From contig NC_068998.1 in assembly GCF_001194135.2 (NCBI RefSeq), positions 50,168,671 to 50,232,670 of the forward strand: a DNA stretch of 64,000 nt, written 5' to 3'. This document shows, piece by piece, positions 1-14,077 of the stretch. The notes beneath the pieces were generated by a model. That model ran no database searches. It had not been told where the DNA came from and saw only the letters and a list, made by a program, of their open reading frames with translations. The position numbers and the translations under genes were made by a program. Origin of the DNA: Octopus bimaculoides. Lineage: Eukaryota. Numbering within the stretch: the first letter of the stretch is position 1; every line of letters begins with the position of its first letter.

Positions 1-443
1 AATTAAAAAAAAAAAAGGTTTAGTTGCTAGCGATCAATCATGGCGAAATATATGTAAGCAAGTTAGTGGTTACTAGGAGATTAGTTAAATTTTCTCTTCA
101 AGAAAAGTACTAAGCAAAGGGAAAGGATCTGGGGTAGTTATGGAAGAGTCCAAGCAGTGTATTGTAGCTATAGCAACTATGCTTTCCAAATATCAGAAAA
201 GAAGTACTAAGAATGAAGAGAATATATTTTTAGAGACAGACCAGGGGTGATATAATGAGAATACATTCCATGAAGAAGCCAAGAAATAATATAAACTTTC
301 CTACAGATGCAGAATTGTCTTTGTAAAATGTTCGATATTATAAAAAAAAAATGCATTATAGGATCTAATTCAAAACGTACTTTGAATAAATTATTTGATA
401 TCGTAAATCGTTCAAGCAATAATAATAAACATAAATTTTATAG

Positions 444-3400
444 GAGTATCTTTCTCAAGACGCTGCGACGAACTGGCAAAACGACATTGCGCAGTGAAAT
501 ACGAGGCATATCGACGTTATGACCCCGACTGTACGTATGTATCATCGTATTTCCACGTTTAGATTTACAAACTGTAGATTGTTCCTGTAACTATGTATGT
601 ATATNNNNNNNNNNNNNNNNNNNNNNNNNNNNNNNNNNNNNNNNNNNNNNNNNNNNNNNNNNNNNNNNNNNNNNNNNNNNNNNNNNNNNNNNNNNNNNNN
701 NNNNNNNNNNNNNNNNNNNNNNNNNNNNNNNNNNNNNNNNNNNNNNNNNNNNNNNNNNNNNNNNNNNNNNNNNNNNNNNNNNNNNNNNNNNNNNNNNNNN
801 NNNNNNNNNNNNNNNNNNNNNNNNNNNNNNNNNNNNNNNNNNNNNNNNNNNNNNNNNNNNNNNNNNNNNNNNNNNNNNNNNNNNNNNNNNNNNNNNNNNN
901 NNNNNNNNNNNNNNNNNNNNNNNNNNNNNNNNNNNNNNNNNNNNNNNNNNNNNNNNNNNNNNNNNNNNNNNNNNNNNNNNNNNNNNNNNNNNNNNNNNNN
1001 NNNNNNNNNNNNNNNNNNNNNNNNNNNNNNNNNNNNNNNNNNNNNNNNNNNNNNNNNNNNTATATATATATATATATATATATATATCCTTTGTTATATA
1101 TATGTATATCCCGTGTTATAAACAAGCTGAAACCACTTTTCATGCGTAGCGTCCAATACTATATGAACTCATCACGAAGCGTGAGTTATTTTCCGTCATT
1201 TAAAGATTTTATGCATTCGAAGAACAGATATTCCTTATTAGTAACATCGTTTTAGTTCACAAATTAGGGCGTATATCAAGTACAAGACAATATATCGCGA
1301 AATTACTTACTCCATATTTAAATAACCGTCAAAATGATTATGATGAGAGTTTCGTTAACGCATACTTTAATGTCCAACACAGTTTATGTATTTTATAACT
1401 GTTATTAACATGAAAGGTTAATTCACTCTATTCGTTCGCCTTAAAGGCATACAATCATTAATTAAGCTTTTTGTTGAAGGCAAAAAGTCTATAATTTGTG
1501 TGAGTGTGGTCTCCCAGTACAAAGACTCCAGTGCTCAACTGTATTTCTTTTATCGTCTCGAAAAAGAATAAACAAAGCGTCGACCTCAGCACCATATGAA
1601 CTTAGAACGTAAACACGGATAGAATCGCGATAAGCATTTTGTCTATATTTTTACTAAAACTCTTCTCCTAAAAACATTTTGGACCAATATTCGATGTATA
1701 ATATTTGAAGTGTAATAATGTTAATAGTAAATATAAGTTTGGCACATCGTCGTTATGCAACCAAGACTTAAGTAGGCTCAATAACGCAAGAAAATCATAT
1801 CATTAATGCAGGAAATTTAGAAGTTTTTTATTTTAAATAACAGTGTCATGTTTCTTCGTTTTTCCAGAGGTTATAAAAAGTTTCTGGCATGCTTTCATGG
1901 ACAAGATGGGAAATGTTATGGATTCTTTAAATACCAGCCTAACTGTATGGTAAGGGATGTGTTTTTATTTTCACTCTAATGATGTACATTTATGACAGTG
2001 AATAATATAATACATTGCATTGTATATGCATCATTCATCGATTACACTTAGAATAGAAAACCACTTCTGACAAGCGATAAAACTAATGTTAAAAATCTAC
2101 AACTCAGTTGTACTAAATTATACAATACATAATATTCCCATTATAATTGCCATTTAGGCAATATTCGATACGAAGTCTGGCCAACCGTAATGATGCCAGA
2201 GGAACAACTTTGTGTATTTCATATTTTGGAAGAACAAATGAGGAAGCATGTTAATAGTTTGTTTTCAGTAGGGAATGTAGTAAAATAAACATTTGTTAAA
2301 GCAATCTCAATAATGGCGGTAAACATTCACTTCACATCAAATACAAACGCCAATGTTTGAGTCCTTCATAATTTACAAAACGTTTTACGATTATTTTGAT
2401 AAGATGTTGGAATGATTTGCGTGGTATATGTCTAAAACACATCACGAATGTGAATAATAACGAAGAAGATGAATTGTGTCGCCTAAATCTTTTCGGGAGA
2501 AGTGTTTTAATGAATATATATCAAAATATTTCTCTCACCAGTTTTGCAATCGATGTAAACTAAATTTTAATTAGGATACTAAATGAATGAGTTTTGTCTG
2601 TCCAAGTGATCCTTATTAATTAATGTATCAGTGTCCAATAAATCGATAAAAATACGAGAAACAATCTGTATCATTTTGATTGTGTCTTTATATTTGAAAT
2701 GACTTTAAATACGAACATTGTGCCGCTATTCAATTTACTATATATTCTCTCTCAAATTTCAGCACAGGAATACCTCAAATAAGAAAGTAATGGTATGTGA
2801 TTGTGATTTCCCCGTAAATATTACAAATATATGATAATCTTACTACAATAACCTCGGTATTCATTCCATTTAACTACAGCATGTACCAGATACGCCGGTG
2901 TGTAAAACACATAATTTGTTTAAACATAAACTAAAAAAATTACCAGTAAGGAGTGAGTCCATAATATGAATATAGGACCGAATATTGCTCACGCAATCGC
3001 GCTTAGTCGTCCTCACCATGGGTTACTTAAATAACTTCCATGTTTGCCACCTCTGACCATCACGAAAGAGTAGGACATATACATGGTTACAAGATCAACT
3101 CCATTTGTTTAAGCTTTTTTTTTATTGTATTTTAAGAATTAAATCTAAATTGTAAATTCCTAATATCATTTTACGTAGAAGATCCATTTCCTGAAGTTTT
3201 ATCAGACATTTCTTTATGGTTATTTAACCGTCCAAAAACATTGACTGTTTGCAGAGCTCAATATGATGTAATTGCTATATACCCATTACTAATTGCAGTG
3301 TTATTATGATACCATTTCAAATCAGTTTAAACACCAATCCAATGAGAAATTCCATATTACATTTGTATTAACATTTATAGTTATTTATGAATATACCAAA

Positions 3401-3864
3401 ACATGAGAGACAATTTCTTTTGTCTAGAAAATACACGAGTAATCTCACAATAGCGGAAGCTTCTCACATGAATATCGTGAAATTCTCTTCAATTTGGAAT
3501 CACTCCAGCAGCCTAACTGAGACAGCGAGAAGTGAAGTTGGCTTCGTCATGGACAGTTTTCATCTGTCATTTCTTTATGAACAAAACCTATCACGGATGT
3601 TCTCTGTAGTCATTGTTATCTCTCTGATGACTGTACTACATTGTGTTTGAATCCAATGATGTTTTACGACAAGATCGATCGCGATATAAAGTAAAGTAAC
3701 TGTAGCTAGTATTCAATGCTAAATAATATATTATAACATGTTTGCATATATATCATATCAATTTACTTTCATTAATTATATATTGTTTTCTATTCTATTG
3801 CCAGGTGACATTTCACCAAGTATTCCTTACAGTTCTTGGCGTTACATTATTAATAAAATACTGA
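444..3864 (+). CDS. Gene A (5' partial): small 6-Cys protein with hydrophobic C-terminal, GPI-like tail
   Basis: Exons 444-534, 1868-1949, 2763-2792, 3805-3864, all AG/GT with matching phases. Translation: (G)VSFSRRCDELAKRHCAVKYEAYRRYDPDCT-GYKKFLACFHGQDGKCYGFFKYQPNCM-HRNTSNKKVM-VTFHQVFLTVLGVTLLIKY*. The signal-peptide exon is presumably upstream of the window. Confidence 0.85.
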
Positions 3865-4569
3865 ATAAACAACGTGCTGAAATAATTACCTGCTTGTGTT
3901 CGGCTGTAATTCTGATTGACGTCCAGGTCCATACGTCGGAAATCTACCTTGATAATGAGAAGGATTATGGGAAAGAGTATATATGTCTCACGCATTTATG
4001 AAATTTGAAAGTCCAGCATCATCAGATTATGCTTTTGAAGACAATCGTTTGTTTAAGTGTATTTCAGTATATTTATATATACACACTAACAACGCGCACG
4101 AATATATACAGGTGAATTTCCGAAAGAATTATTTCTACCTTTCAGGAAATTACTCACGTAATAAAATGTTCAGTTAATTAGCAACAGATTTTCTTATTCT
4201 TGCGAATCTATAAAGAATGAAATTATATCACGCAAGTTCTGCGTCTTTAAACGAAGTGAACGATGATTTTCTACTTTTAAGTGATTCCGAATCATTTATG
4301 TTGAATTCAAATATGGTTTTAGTATTTGCGTATCGCGTACAGATTTTACACAAATGGTTGCCAAAGGTTTGATGAGGTTTCTTGTCATTCATTCCCCCTC
4401 TGCGGCAGTGTTTTAGATAAAAGTATGAAGAAATTAAGAGCAAATGACTAGAACACTAATAAAAACAAAACGCTATGAATATTCTATGTAAGCTTACATA
4501 TTGAATAAATATATATCTTTTATGCCCTTTCTGTGGGTTTAAATTTATTGTACTACTTTTCAAACTTCC

Positions 4570-4672
4570 TTATTTTTTATTTCCTTCCAGCTTTGAGAGT
4601 TGCATACAGTCTCTCTTCAGGGTCCGACAGTAATCCATTGTAATATTTACATTCAAATCCACTGGTACCTCT

Positions 4673-4704
<32 letters not shown>

Positions 4705-5310
4705 NNNNNNNNNNNNNNNNNNNNNNNNNNNNNNNNNNNNNNNNNNNNNNNNNNNNNNNNNNNNNNNNNNNNNNNNNNNNNNNNNNNNNNNNNNNNNNNN
4801 NNNNNNNNNNNNNNNNNNNNNNNNNNNNNNNNNNNNNNNNNNNNNNNNNNNNNNNNNNNNNNNNNNNNNNNNNNNNNNNNNNNNNNNNNNNNNNNNNNNN
4901 NNNNNNNNNNNNNNNNNNNNNNNNNNNNNNNNNNNNNNNNNNNNNNNNNNNNNNNNNTATATATATATATATATATATATATTGTATATCCTGGTGAAAT
5001 CTTTCAGCTTGCACTTCACATACATAGACCATGTTCTCCGAGAAATATTCGAGGTGCGAGTGACGAAAGTGCATTTTAACATTAAAGGTACACCCAAGCT
5101 TTTTAAACTTTTGCAACATTGTATCAACTATGACTTTGCAATTTAAACACGTATCACCAACGGCTAACCTCGGGAACTACTAAAACAAAACTATACGATG
5201 AGTTAGCAATCATGTACACAGCTTTTGAAAGTCATCTTGTCTGTCAGAGTTGCCAACGCGTATCTGATAAACAATTTTACCTGAATTTGGCTGCTATTTT
5301 ACCTTAATAT
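4570..5310 (-). mobile_element. Degenerate DNA-transposon-like remnant, interrupted by (AT)n and a gap
   Basis: Minus-strand translation gives ...HLEYFSENM...QAERFHQDI..., a decayed form of a transposon-associated 'SDEQGERFHQD' motif. Superfamily not assigned. Confidence 0.5.
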
Positions 5311-6008
5311 TAGAAAAATATAATAGTTTATACCGAACTATTTCGTTACAAAAAATAAATCAGATAATCACTAGCTATATCAATGAAGCAAATATATCAA
5401 ATGATTAGGAAAACCGTTGATTCTGTCGGTAAACAACAAGAGCAAACTAGTGACAGATTGCGACCCAGGCCCTGTCAGGCTAAGTACCTGGAGATTTAGC
5501 ATTTACAGGATCTGTCTATACAAGACTTAACATTATACTGTAAGTCTCATCTGACTTCGATTCCAGATCTAAAAACAGTAATAATTGCATAGCCTATGTC
5601 TGGACTTAAACCTAAAACTGGAAAATAGAAATGAGTAAAGGAATGAAATATTACATGCGTGTATTTATGTGTGGGTACGAGCGTTTAAGCATACCAGCTG
5701 CGTTTCGAATCCGGTGGTACACACGTGTGATTATATCCTCTCCTCTAAATAACTGTCTTGAAGCAATTAACTTGCAAATGTCACTACTGAAACTCTTCCC
5801 CTATATTAACGTTAGTTCCCTTTCTTCTACAGTGCAAGCAAATAAAATTCATATAAAATATACAATAATTCATATTATAGAATAAGCAGCTAAAAATGTC
5901 ATAATTACTAGCTTGTCCGCAACATATGTTACATATTATTTGTATCAAATAAGACAACCAGGTGACTTCTATATCAGAAACCATCAATATTGAAGAGACA
6001 AAACCAAG

Positions 6009-6310
6009 ATGAAGCTCTCTGCTTTTATTTTTGTATTGTTCATTGGTAAGTAGTTTCTTCGTGATTCTTCCATTACAAATTAATATCTCTGTGCCTTTCA
6101 ATATATTTCTCTGTGTGGCATTCGATCCGCGTAACAACCAAGTCTTATCTTCATTTAATGATGTATTTAAGTACCTATATATTTTTCCACCCTACAAATA
6201 ATCTACAGTCATTTCGTACCAAGGAGAATTGTCCATGCTTTATCAAAACAGTGATCATTCAGCACGCATGACACATATGTTTTTAACTGCTTTTCTCCCT
6301 CTCTCTATGC

Positions 6311-6380
<70 letters not shown>

Positions 6381-7202
6381 ACACATACACACACACACAC
6401 ACACACAACACACACATACATATCCAAGCAGGGTAGTAGTTACTTGAAGATTAATTATTACTTCCATGAAAGATAGAAAAGAGCAAATGAGTAGGAATTT
6501 ACAGAATAAGGTGAAAACTTCAAGGCAAGATGCGAGTAGCTTAGAAACATGCAAGCACAAGTCAGAAAGCAATAGTTAAATCTTCTCTTGAACATAATTA
6601 CCTAGGCAAAGAGAAAAGGATTTGGGATTATTATGGAAGAGTTGAAACATCGTATGATAGCAATAGCAAGTAAGCTTTTCAAACATCAGAATTGAAGAGC
6701 TAAGTATCATGGGAACAAATTGCTCTAAACAGGTCAAGGGGATATAAGAACATATTTCATTAAAAAACCAAGTTTTAATATTTCCAAAACGCCAAGCTGT
6801 AGAATTTTGCAACAGATGTAGGTTTGACTTTCTAAAACATTCCATAGTACAAGAAAATATTGCATTATATTATCTAGTTCAAAATGCAATTTTAATAAAT
6901 TATTTAATATCGTAAATCGGACAAGCAATAATGACAAAAATATTTATTTTACAGAGGTAGCTAACTCAGCATCGTGCGAAAATCTGGCAACAAAATATTG
7001 TTCATCGACATATGAGTATTATTTATCATATGACCCCAACTGTACGTACGTATCATCATATTTCTACCTCTAGATTTGCAAATACAACATCCAAACCTGT
7101 AACTATGTATATATACATACATATATATATGTGTATCAAAAATAACGGAGGAAACTGGTAAACATTTGGAGTAATCCGTCTCTATTTATACACACACACA
7201 CA

Positions 7203-7301
<99 letters not shown>

Positions 7302-9010
7302 ACATATATTCGATACAAAGGTTAACAGGGGCAGTATTTAATACAAATTCGATACATCGTTTTTTTTCAACCTGAACAAAAGCCTGTCTCAATAACGCAA
7401 GAAAATTATATTAATATGGTAGGAAATTTAGACTTTGATTTAAATAAAAGTGCCTCATTTCTTTCAGGGGTTACAGAGACTTTCTGGACTGCTTTCGTGG
7501 ACAAGATAAAGAATGTTATGAAGACTTTAAATACATGCCTAAGTGTATGGTAAGGAATGTATTTTTAATATCGGTTTAATGACATAAGTTTACGTCAATA
7601 AATAACAAAATAAATTATATTTCTTATACATCATTCTTCTATTACATTTTGAATAGATATTACTTCTGTCAAGCGATAATTCTAATGTTAACAATCTATC
7701 CATTTCAATTTTAATTAGAATATGAAAAATATTAGGTCTTTCAGTCTAAGTGTTCCTTTTTATTTAATGTATCAGTTTCCAACAAATAAATAAAGACACG
7801 AGGAAACTATCTGAATGAGTTTGCTTTTATCTTTATATTATGTGAACGATAGAATTTGATTAAATGAATATATCCCAGTGACAACTACGGCAGAAACCCC
7901 AACTCTCATTCATCGTTTTATCAATAACTAATCACACATAGAATATTACTGGAAGTTCTATAACTATCGCAGTTTGTTGAAAAATAGAACTAGATAATTC
8001 CATTCAAATAATTTAAATGCGAACTGTTTTCGACATTCATTTCACTATATATTCTGTCTCAAATATTTCAGCACAACGATGGCTCAAATAAGAAAGTGAA
8101 GGTATGTGAATTCCCAGTAAATACTACACTAATATGATAATTTTATTCCAATATCCTCCATATTATTTCCATTTTACTACAGCATTTACCAGGTACACTG
8201 GTGTGTAAAATGCATATAATTTCTTTAGATGTGAACTACAAAAGTGAACTGTAAGACGTGAGACCATAACATGAAGATAAAGACCGAATACAGCTCGCAC
8301 GTTACCCGTATAAGTTTTAACGGTAAGGAACTTCAAAAAAGCTGCAATATGGCATTGTCACTAACGACCAACCCAAGCTATGTCAGCAGTTATATGGAGA
8401 AATTACATGATCTCTTTATACTTTCTTCTCTAACATATGGAAACTACATATGACGTCATATTATTCTTTACACAAATGAAACCATCTCTCAAAAGTGGAA
8501 GATGAAAAAGACGTTAAACTATAATTTAGAGCGTATTTGCAGTGAGTAGATAACAAGAAAGGCATTGTTTTGAAACTCTTACCTATTTGCTGCTCGATAA
8601 CCTCGAATTTTACATCCGTGCATGTCAGTTATGTTAAGTAAAATATAGACAATTACGCAGTTGATAAGAAAATGATAAAACTGCGACATGGTGCCCGTAT
8701 AACTTATGGTTCCATATATATTTCTAGTATATAATCACATATGAAAACAATCTACCACGGACTGCTCTCTGTTGCCATTGTTATCTTTTTCATTGCTGTA
8801 ATACATTATATGTTTGTGAAACCAATGTTTTTTCAACAAAAACTGTCGCCATAATTATGTATTCAATTCTAAACAACATATAATAAAATGTTTGCAAAAT
8901 CACATCAAATTACTTTCATTAATTATATATTTGTTTTGTTCTATTTGCAGGTAACATTTCAACAAGTATTTCTTACAGCACTTGGGGTTATTTTATTAAT
9001 AAAATACTGA
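6009..9010 (+). CDS. Gene B: 99-aa signal peptide + 6-Cys domain + linker + GPI-like tail
   Basis: Exons 6009-6045, 6955-7045, 7468-7549, 8072-8101, 8951-9010. MKLSAFIFVLFIE-VANSASCENLATKYCSSTYEYYLSYDPNCT-GYRDFLDCFRGQDKECYEDFKYMPKCM-HNDGSNKKVK-VTFQQVFLTALGVILLIKY*. Canonical splice sites, phases 1/2/0/0, no internal stops. Confidence 0.9.
6311..6420. repeat. (CA)n microsatellite, representative of dozens of (CA)n, (AT)n, (CT)n, (ATT)n and (ATC)n tracts
   Basis: Directly visible. Others include 7190-7305, 13215-13310, 16470-16590, 40015-40070, 41490-41583, 46268-46350, 52657-52803 and 62465-62785. Most N-gaps are flanked by (AT)n. Confidence 0.95.
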
Positions 9011-9689
9011 ATATGAAATAATCATTTGCCTGTGTTCGACTGTAATTTTGACTGAACCCCAGGCGTATACGTCGGAAATCTACCTTGATAATGGGAGGGA
9101 TTATGGGAAAGAGTATACATGTTTCACATATTTATGAAATTTCAAAACCCAGCATCATCAGAATAAGCTTTTAGATACAATCGTTTGTGTGAGTGTATAA
9201 GGGCATATTCATATATATACATTAACAATGCGCACGAACATATACAGGTGAATTTTCGAAAGAATTATTTCCACCCTCCGTGAAATATCTCACGTTACAA
9301 ATTTTAATTAATATGTAACAGCTTTTGTTATACTTCTTTTAAATCGCCAAAAAATTGAAATTATATTACGTGAGTCTGCATTTTTAAATGAAGTGAAATG
9401 ATTCATATTCTCCTCTCCTGAATCATTTTAAATGTTGAGTTTAACTATGGTTTTAGTATTTGCCTATTGCATACATATTTTGCACAAATGGTTGCCAAAG
9501 GGATGATGATTTTTCTTGTCAGTCATCCCCTTTTGTGGCAAACCTTTAGATAATAGTATGAAGAAATCAAGCACAGGTGCCTGGAACAATAATAAAAAAC
9601 GATATAAAAAGTGTATATAGGCTTACATATTGAATAAGTATATATCTTTAATGCTCTTACTATGGATTTAAAATTATTTTACACCATAT

Positions 9690-10270
9690 CAAACTTCCTT
9701 GTCTTTAATTTTATCCAGCTCTAGCAATTACCTGTTGTCTCTCTTTAGGATCCGTCGGTAATCTGCTGTCGTGATTACATTTCACCTCCGCTGGTACCTC
9801 TTTAATGTCCTGTTGAAATCTCTCACCTTGCTCATCACTTAGTTTGCCAAGATTCACTGGGAAATAGACGAGTTTTGTGTGAGGAACACTCCTGTTGCAC
9901 ACAATCTTTTTGAAGTGTTGCAACATGGTATCAAGTATGACTTTGTAATTCAAATACGTATTGTTTCACAATACGTCTTCTTTCACAAAAAAAATCTCGA
10001 AAATACACTCTAAGCGCACCCATGCTTGTTTGCGAGATCCATCTATGGACTTTGCATAATCTCTGTTTTTCATTAGTTTTCGAATGTCAGGACCAACAAA
10101 TATTCTTGCCTTAATTATCTCACTGGCTATATTTGGGGATTGTTTTGGGTGACTCTACAAACAGGGTCTATCTTCAGGCAAAAATCTAACCAACAGTTTC
10201 ATCAAACCCATTTTGATGTACAAAGGGGGTCAGGATTTTAGTAGGTTAAATTAAAATTTGAATTGGCTGC
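9690..10270 (-). mobile_element. Paralogous copy of the same transposon remnant
   Basis: ORF 9711-9953 contains YFPVNLGKLSDEQGERFQQDIK. It sits at the homologous position downstream of gene B. Confidence 0.55.
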
Positions 10271-10287
10271 TATTTTAAGTTAATATT

Positions 10288-10411
10288 TCGACCCCGAAAG
10301 GATGGAAGGCAACGTCGACCTCGGTGGAATTTGAACTCAGAACGAAAAGACAGACGAAATACCGCTAAACATTTTGCCCGGAGTGCTAACGTTTCTGCCA
10401 GCTCGCCGCCT
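10288..10411 (-). mobile_element. SINE fragment (family 1, GGCGGCGAGCTGGCAGAA head)
   Basis: The motif GTCGACCTCGG..GGAATTTGAACTCAGAACG recurs at ~1580, ~25320 and ~51840, and in + orientation several times in 53880-57790. Confidence 0.7.
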
Positions 10412-12195
10412 CCTTACTTGTAAATATATGACAAAATTGCCTGCTAGTAAAGATCCCGTGATGCACACAGAACAATGAATGTTGTCTGCTAGGGAGCCCG
10501 GAAAATAGTTGTAATAATAAAGTATTGAAAGTTAGCTGCAATATCACCTTGTGCTATCCGAAATTTAAGAGAAATTGCTCTTGCTCCCCCGGTAGTTAAG
10601 AACAGGTCACATCACATGATTATATCTCTTTCTCCAGCATATATAATCTACCCCTGGTATTTCTCTTACATTATTTAATGTTCGTATTATCTTCAAGCAG
10701 TATATTTTTGTTAACTCTCCTATTGAAAATTCTCTGCGAAAGCTGAAAAATATTTACACGATCATTTATCAGATATTCGCCATCGGAGGATATATATGGA
10801 GAGCTTCTGTGGGTTTCCTACTCTGGAACAACCTACATACGTATGAAACTAAATGTAGAATGAGACGTAATCCAAACACATAAATTCAAGGTGAATTTGA
10901 AAGCATTATAAGTCTAGGTCCCGCACGCCCACAAAAAGAGAAAGATATATTGAGATAAATACATGGAAGTTCCAAGGAGTTGCGCACTTGTGTCATAAGT
11001 TTGTTCTATAGCACTCACCAATTTCATTACCACTGCGTGGCGCCGAAGCTTCTATATTTGCCATGGAACTGTAAGACAATATATATTTAACAGCATATCG
11101 TTAAATGCAAAGTTCTTTTGATTTTCTTCCTGCAAAGATTATGATGTCGATGTAGGGTAGATATAATTGTATTTAAAAAAAAAAAAACAAGTGTAATCTA
11201 TTTTCTGCAATTCTAGACAAAATATCACCACGGAATGAGGGAAATCTAATGGCAACACATTAAGCTGTAAGTTCATCAGCATCAATCACAATGAATAAAA
11301 GAGTACCAATAGCATAATTGATGTATGACTGCAATCCGAAGATTGAAATTATAAATTAATGAATGAAAGGACGAAAACATTTACATGTCGCATTTCTACA
11401 AGGGAAATGAATGCGTTGAGAGTATATTCTTTGGTTTTGTTTATTGTCATATATCCTGCCAGTTACATGAGTTATTAGACAATCTTTTCCTCTATGCTAA
11501 CATTTCTCCCATTTCTTCTTCTAAAGGATGCAAAGATTTAGCTGAGAAATATCTCATAACTCATCATGTAGCATATGCAATTATAAATGTCATATTTATC
11601 ATCCTTATGTCCGACATATGTTACATTATATTTTATGTCTGAAGAGAACAAGATGACTATTTAAACACACTTCACCGAATTTGAATACACAAGACCAAGA
11701 TAGATCTTTCTGCATTGATTTTAGTTCCCGTATTTGGTTAGTAGTTACACATGGAAAACTTCCTGAAGTCAAACGGAGGCAGTGAATAAAGCCCATTTCA
11801 AGGTAACATTAAAAGAGTGAGGAGTAATTCAGGGAACTATCTTAGTGCAGCTGTTTTTCGTGGCCGCACTCCCGGACATGCTGTTTGTCTCAGAGAGACA
11901 GGCACTCTTACATGCCAGTGACACAATAGTAGCACCTGCAATCAAGAATCTTCTCAGTGTTATTCATCCACTGAAAGATGTAAAGGTCATAGGTAAAGGA
12001 GCTGGGTAAAACAACAGGCAATGTAATGCATGAATATTCCAAGGGTCCCACTATGCGTTGTAATATGGGTATGTGACAATAATCCCAGAACCAAGCGCAA
12101 TGTTAGACGTGGAAACTGATATGTAGTTTCACGTGGAAACTACATACTCAATCTTTTATCAGCAGGTGATTAACATCTGTGTACCGTGAAGAAGT

Positions 12196-12579
12196 GGAGG
12201 CGCAACTGTTGCAGTAGTTAGGGCAGCGGACTCGTGGTCATAGGATCGCGGTTTCGATTCCTAGACCGGGCGTTGTCAGTGTTTATTGAGCGAAAACACC
12301 TAAAGCTCCACGAGGCTCCGGCAGGGGATGGTGGCGAACCCTGCTGTACTCTTTCTCCACAACTTTCTCTCGCTCTAACTTCTTGTTTCTGCCGTGCCTG
12401 TGATTCAAAGGGTCAGCCTTGTCACACTGTGTCACGCTGAATTTCCCCGAGAACTACGTTAAGGGTACACGTGTCTGTGGAGTGCTCAGCTACTTGCACG
12501 TTAATTTCACGAGCAGGCTGTTCCGTTGGTCGGATCAAATGGAACCCTTTACGTCGTAAGCGACGGAGTGCCAACACCA
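12196..12579 (+). mobile_element. Apparently full-length tRNA-derived SINE with 13-bp target-site duplication
   Basis: tRNA-like A/B boxes near the 5' end (GCAGTAGTTAGG...GGTTTCGATTCC). Flanked by the perfect direct repeat ACCGTGAAGAAGT at 12183-12195 and 12580-12592. Confidence 0.8.
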
Positions 12580-13223
12580 ACCGTGAAGAAGTAGGTGATA
12601 TCATCGAAACTACTGTATTAAACATGTCTGTTCACTCCAATATGAATTATACTACTTCATTTTTGCTACTGAAAAAACAAAAAGTATATATATAATAACC
12701 ATTATTGCAGTAATGCTTTACATTACACTAATATTACAATTTAGAATTATCAAAATATATTTTAATATCTCCTTAATAGAATAGTACAATTGGAACATAA
12801 CCGTGTACCAAGATATTACACTTTCAGAATATAAATTATATATTGCAGAATAATGTTGATGATACAGCAAAAAACAAGTATGGAAACAATCTTATAAGAA
12901 AACAAGCCATTATTAAGTTCATCCTTAATCAATACAAAACTATATACACCCCAATTTATAAGTATGTAATTTTCTATTCCCATTACAGATGAAGCTTCGT
13001 ACATTATTGTTTACAGCAGCTATTTTATATCAGTGATAAGTATACAAATAAAGAGGATGTTCCATCTAGAACAATCTTGTGTTTTCTATGCTATTATTTA
13101 TCGACGAAAACTTATTAAAAGGCCTCATCACCCTGGTGACATTCATAATTCTTAAGTTTGACTTTTAAAGCCGGCTCTAAATAAATGCATACACACTCAG
13201 TAAAACATAAAGACACACACACA

Positions 13224-13312
<89 letters not shown>

Positions 13313-14040
13313 ATACATATATGAATATGCATTTACATACAAAAACGCACAGACATACATACACACATACCTTCACGTACAGACACATACACAATTATAT
13401 ATATAATGCATGCATTATAGACAATTACTGCCTGTATGAGAACGGATGTGGTGGTTTTCATTATTTCCATTGTATTGTGTAATGTTGAGCTTTACATATT
13501 GATAAAAAAAATAGACGTCTAATATTTTGCAGAATAGAATTAATAATACGTGAAAATGTTTTGCGAAACACCAGATATCATATGAAGGTCATGTGGTGAA
13601 ATAAAGTTATATTCACCTGTCACATACCTGACATTATAGAATAATCCACATTGTTTTAGACGTATCTATGCTTTTTTTTATGCATCGCAAATTTGACAAT
13701 TCTGTGCTTTCGAAAACATTTTGAAATACGCACACTGACGTACGCAATCAAACTAACACGCAGTCAGTGATTATGGAGTATTAAGCTGCAAGCGCTACCT
13801 ATTAGTGTTTTGATCGACATAAGCTACTTGCTTCCAGCAATATTTTCATTTGCATTGCCTTAAATTTTAATTACATTGTTATTTTAACATCTTAAAGTGT
13901 CTACAGTACATGCCAATACACACTGACAATTCCTCGGTTACGACGAAGACTTTTCCAGTTGATGTGATAAACGAAACAAATTGCTCGTGAAATTAACCTG
14001 CCTAGTGTTATACACACATATGCACTCACTTATATCTGTG

Positions 14041-14077
<37 letters not shown>

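Noticed and set aside
307-330. Acceptor-like CAG|ATG at 307 and its homolog near 6815
   Set aside because: In the required phase both stop after 6 codons (DAELSL*, DVGLTF*). The true exon 2 lies ~140 nt downstream.
11011-11090. AG followed by a frame with Cys at the exon-3-like position (THQFHYHCVAPK...)
   Set aside because: It lacks the C-x7-C spacing and homologous intron flanks, and is probably repeat-derived.
12849-13036. Possible orphan exons: NNVDDTAKN.. after an AG at 12848, and MKLRTLLFTAAILYQ* at 12989-13036
   Set aside because: They resemble a linker, signal or tail exon, but the first is 29 nt, the second has no phase-1 donor, and no Cys exons were found nearby. The gap at 14078-14865 prevents full exclusion of a remnant.
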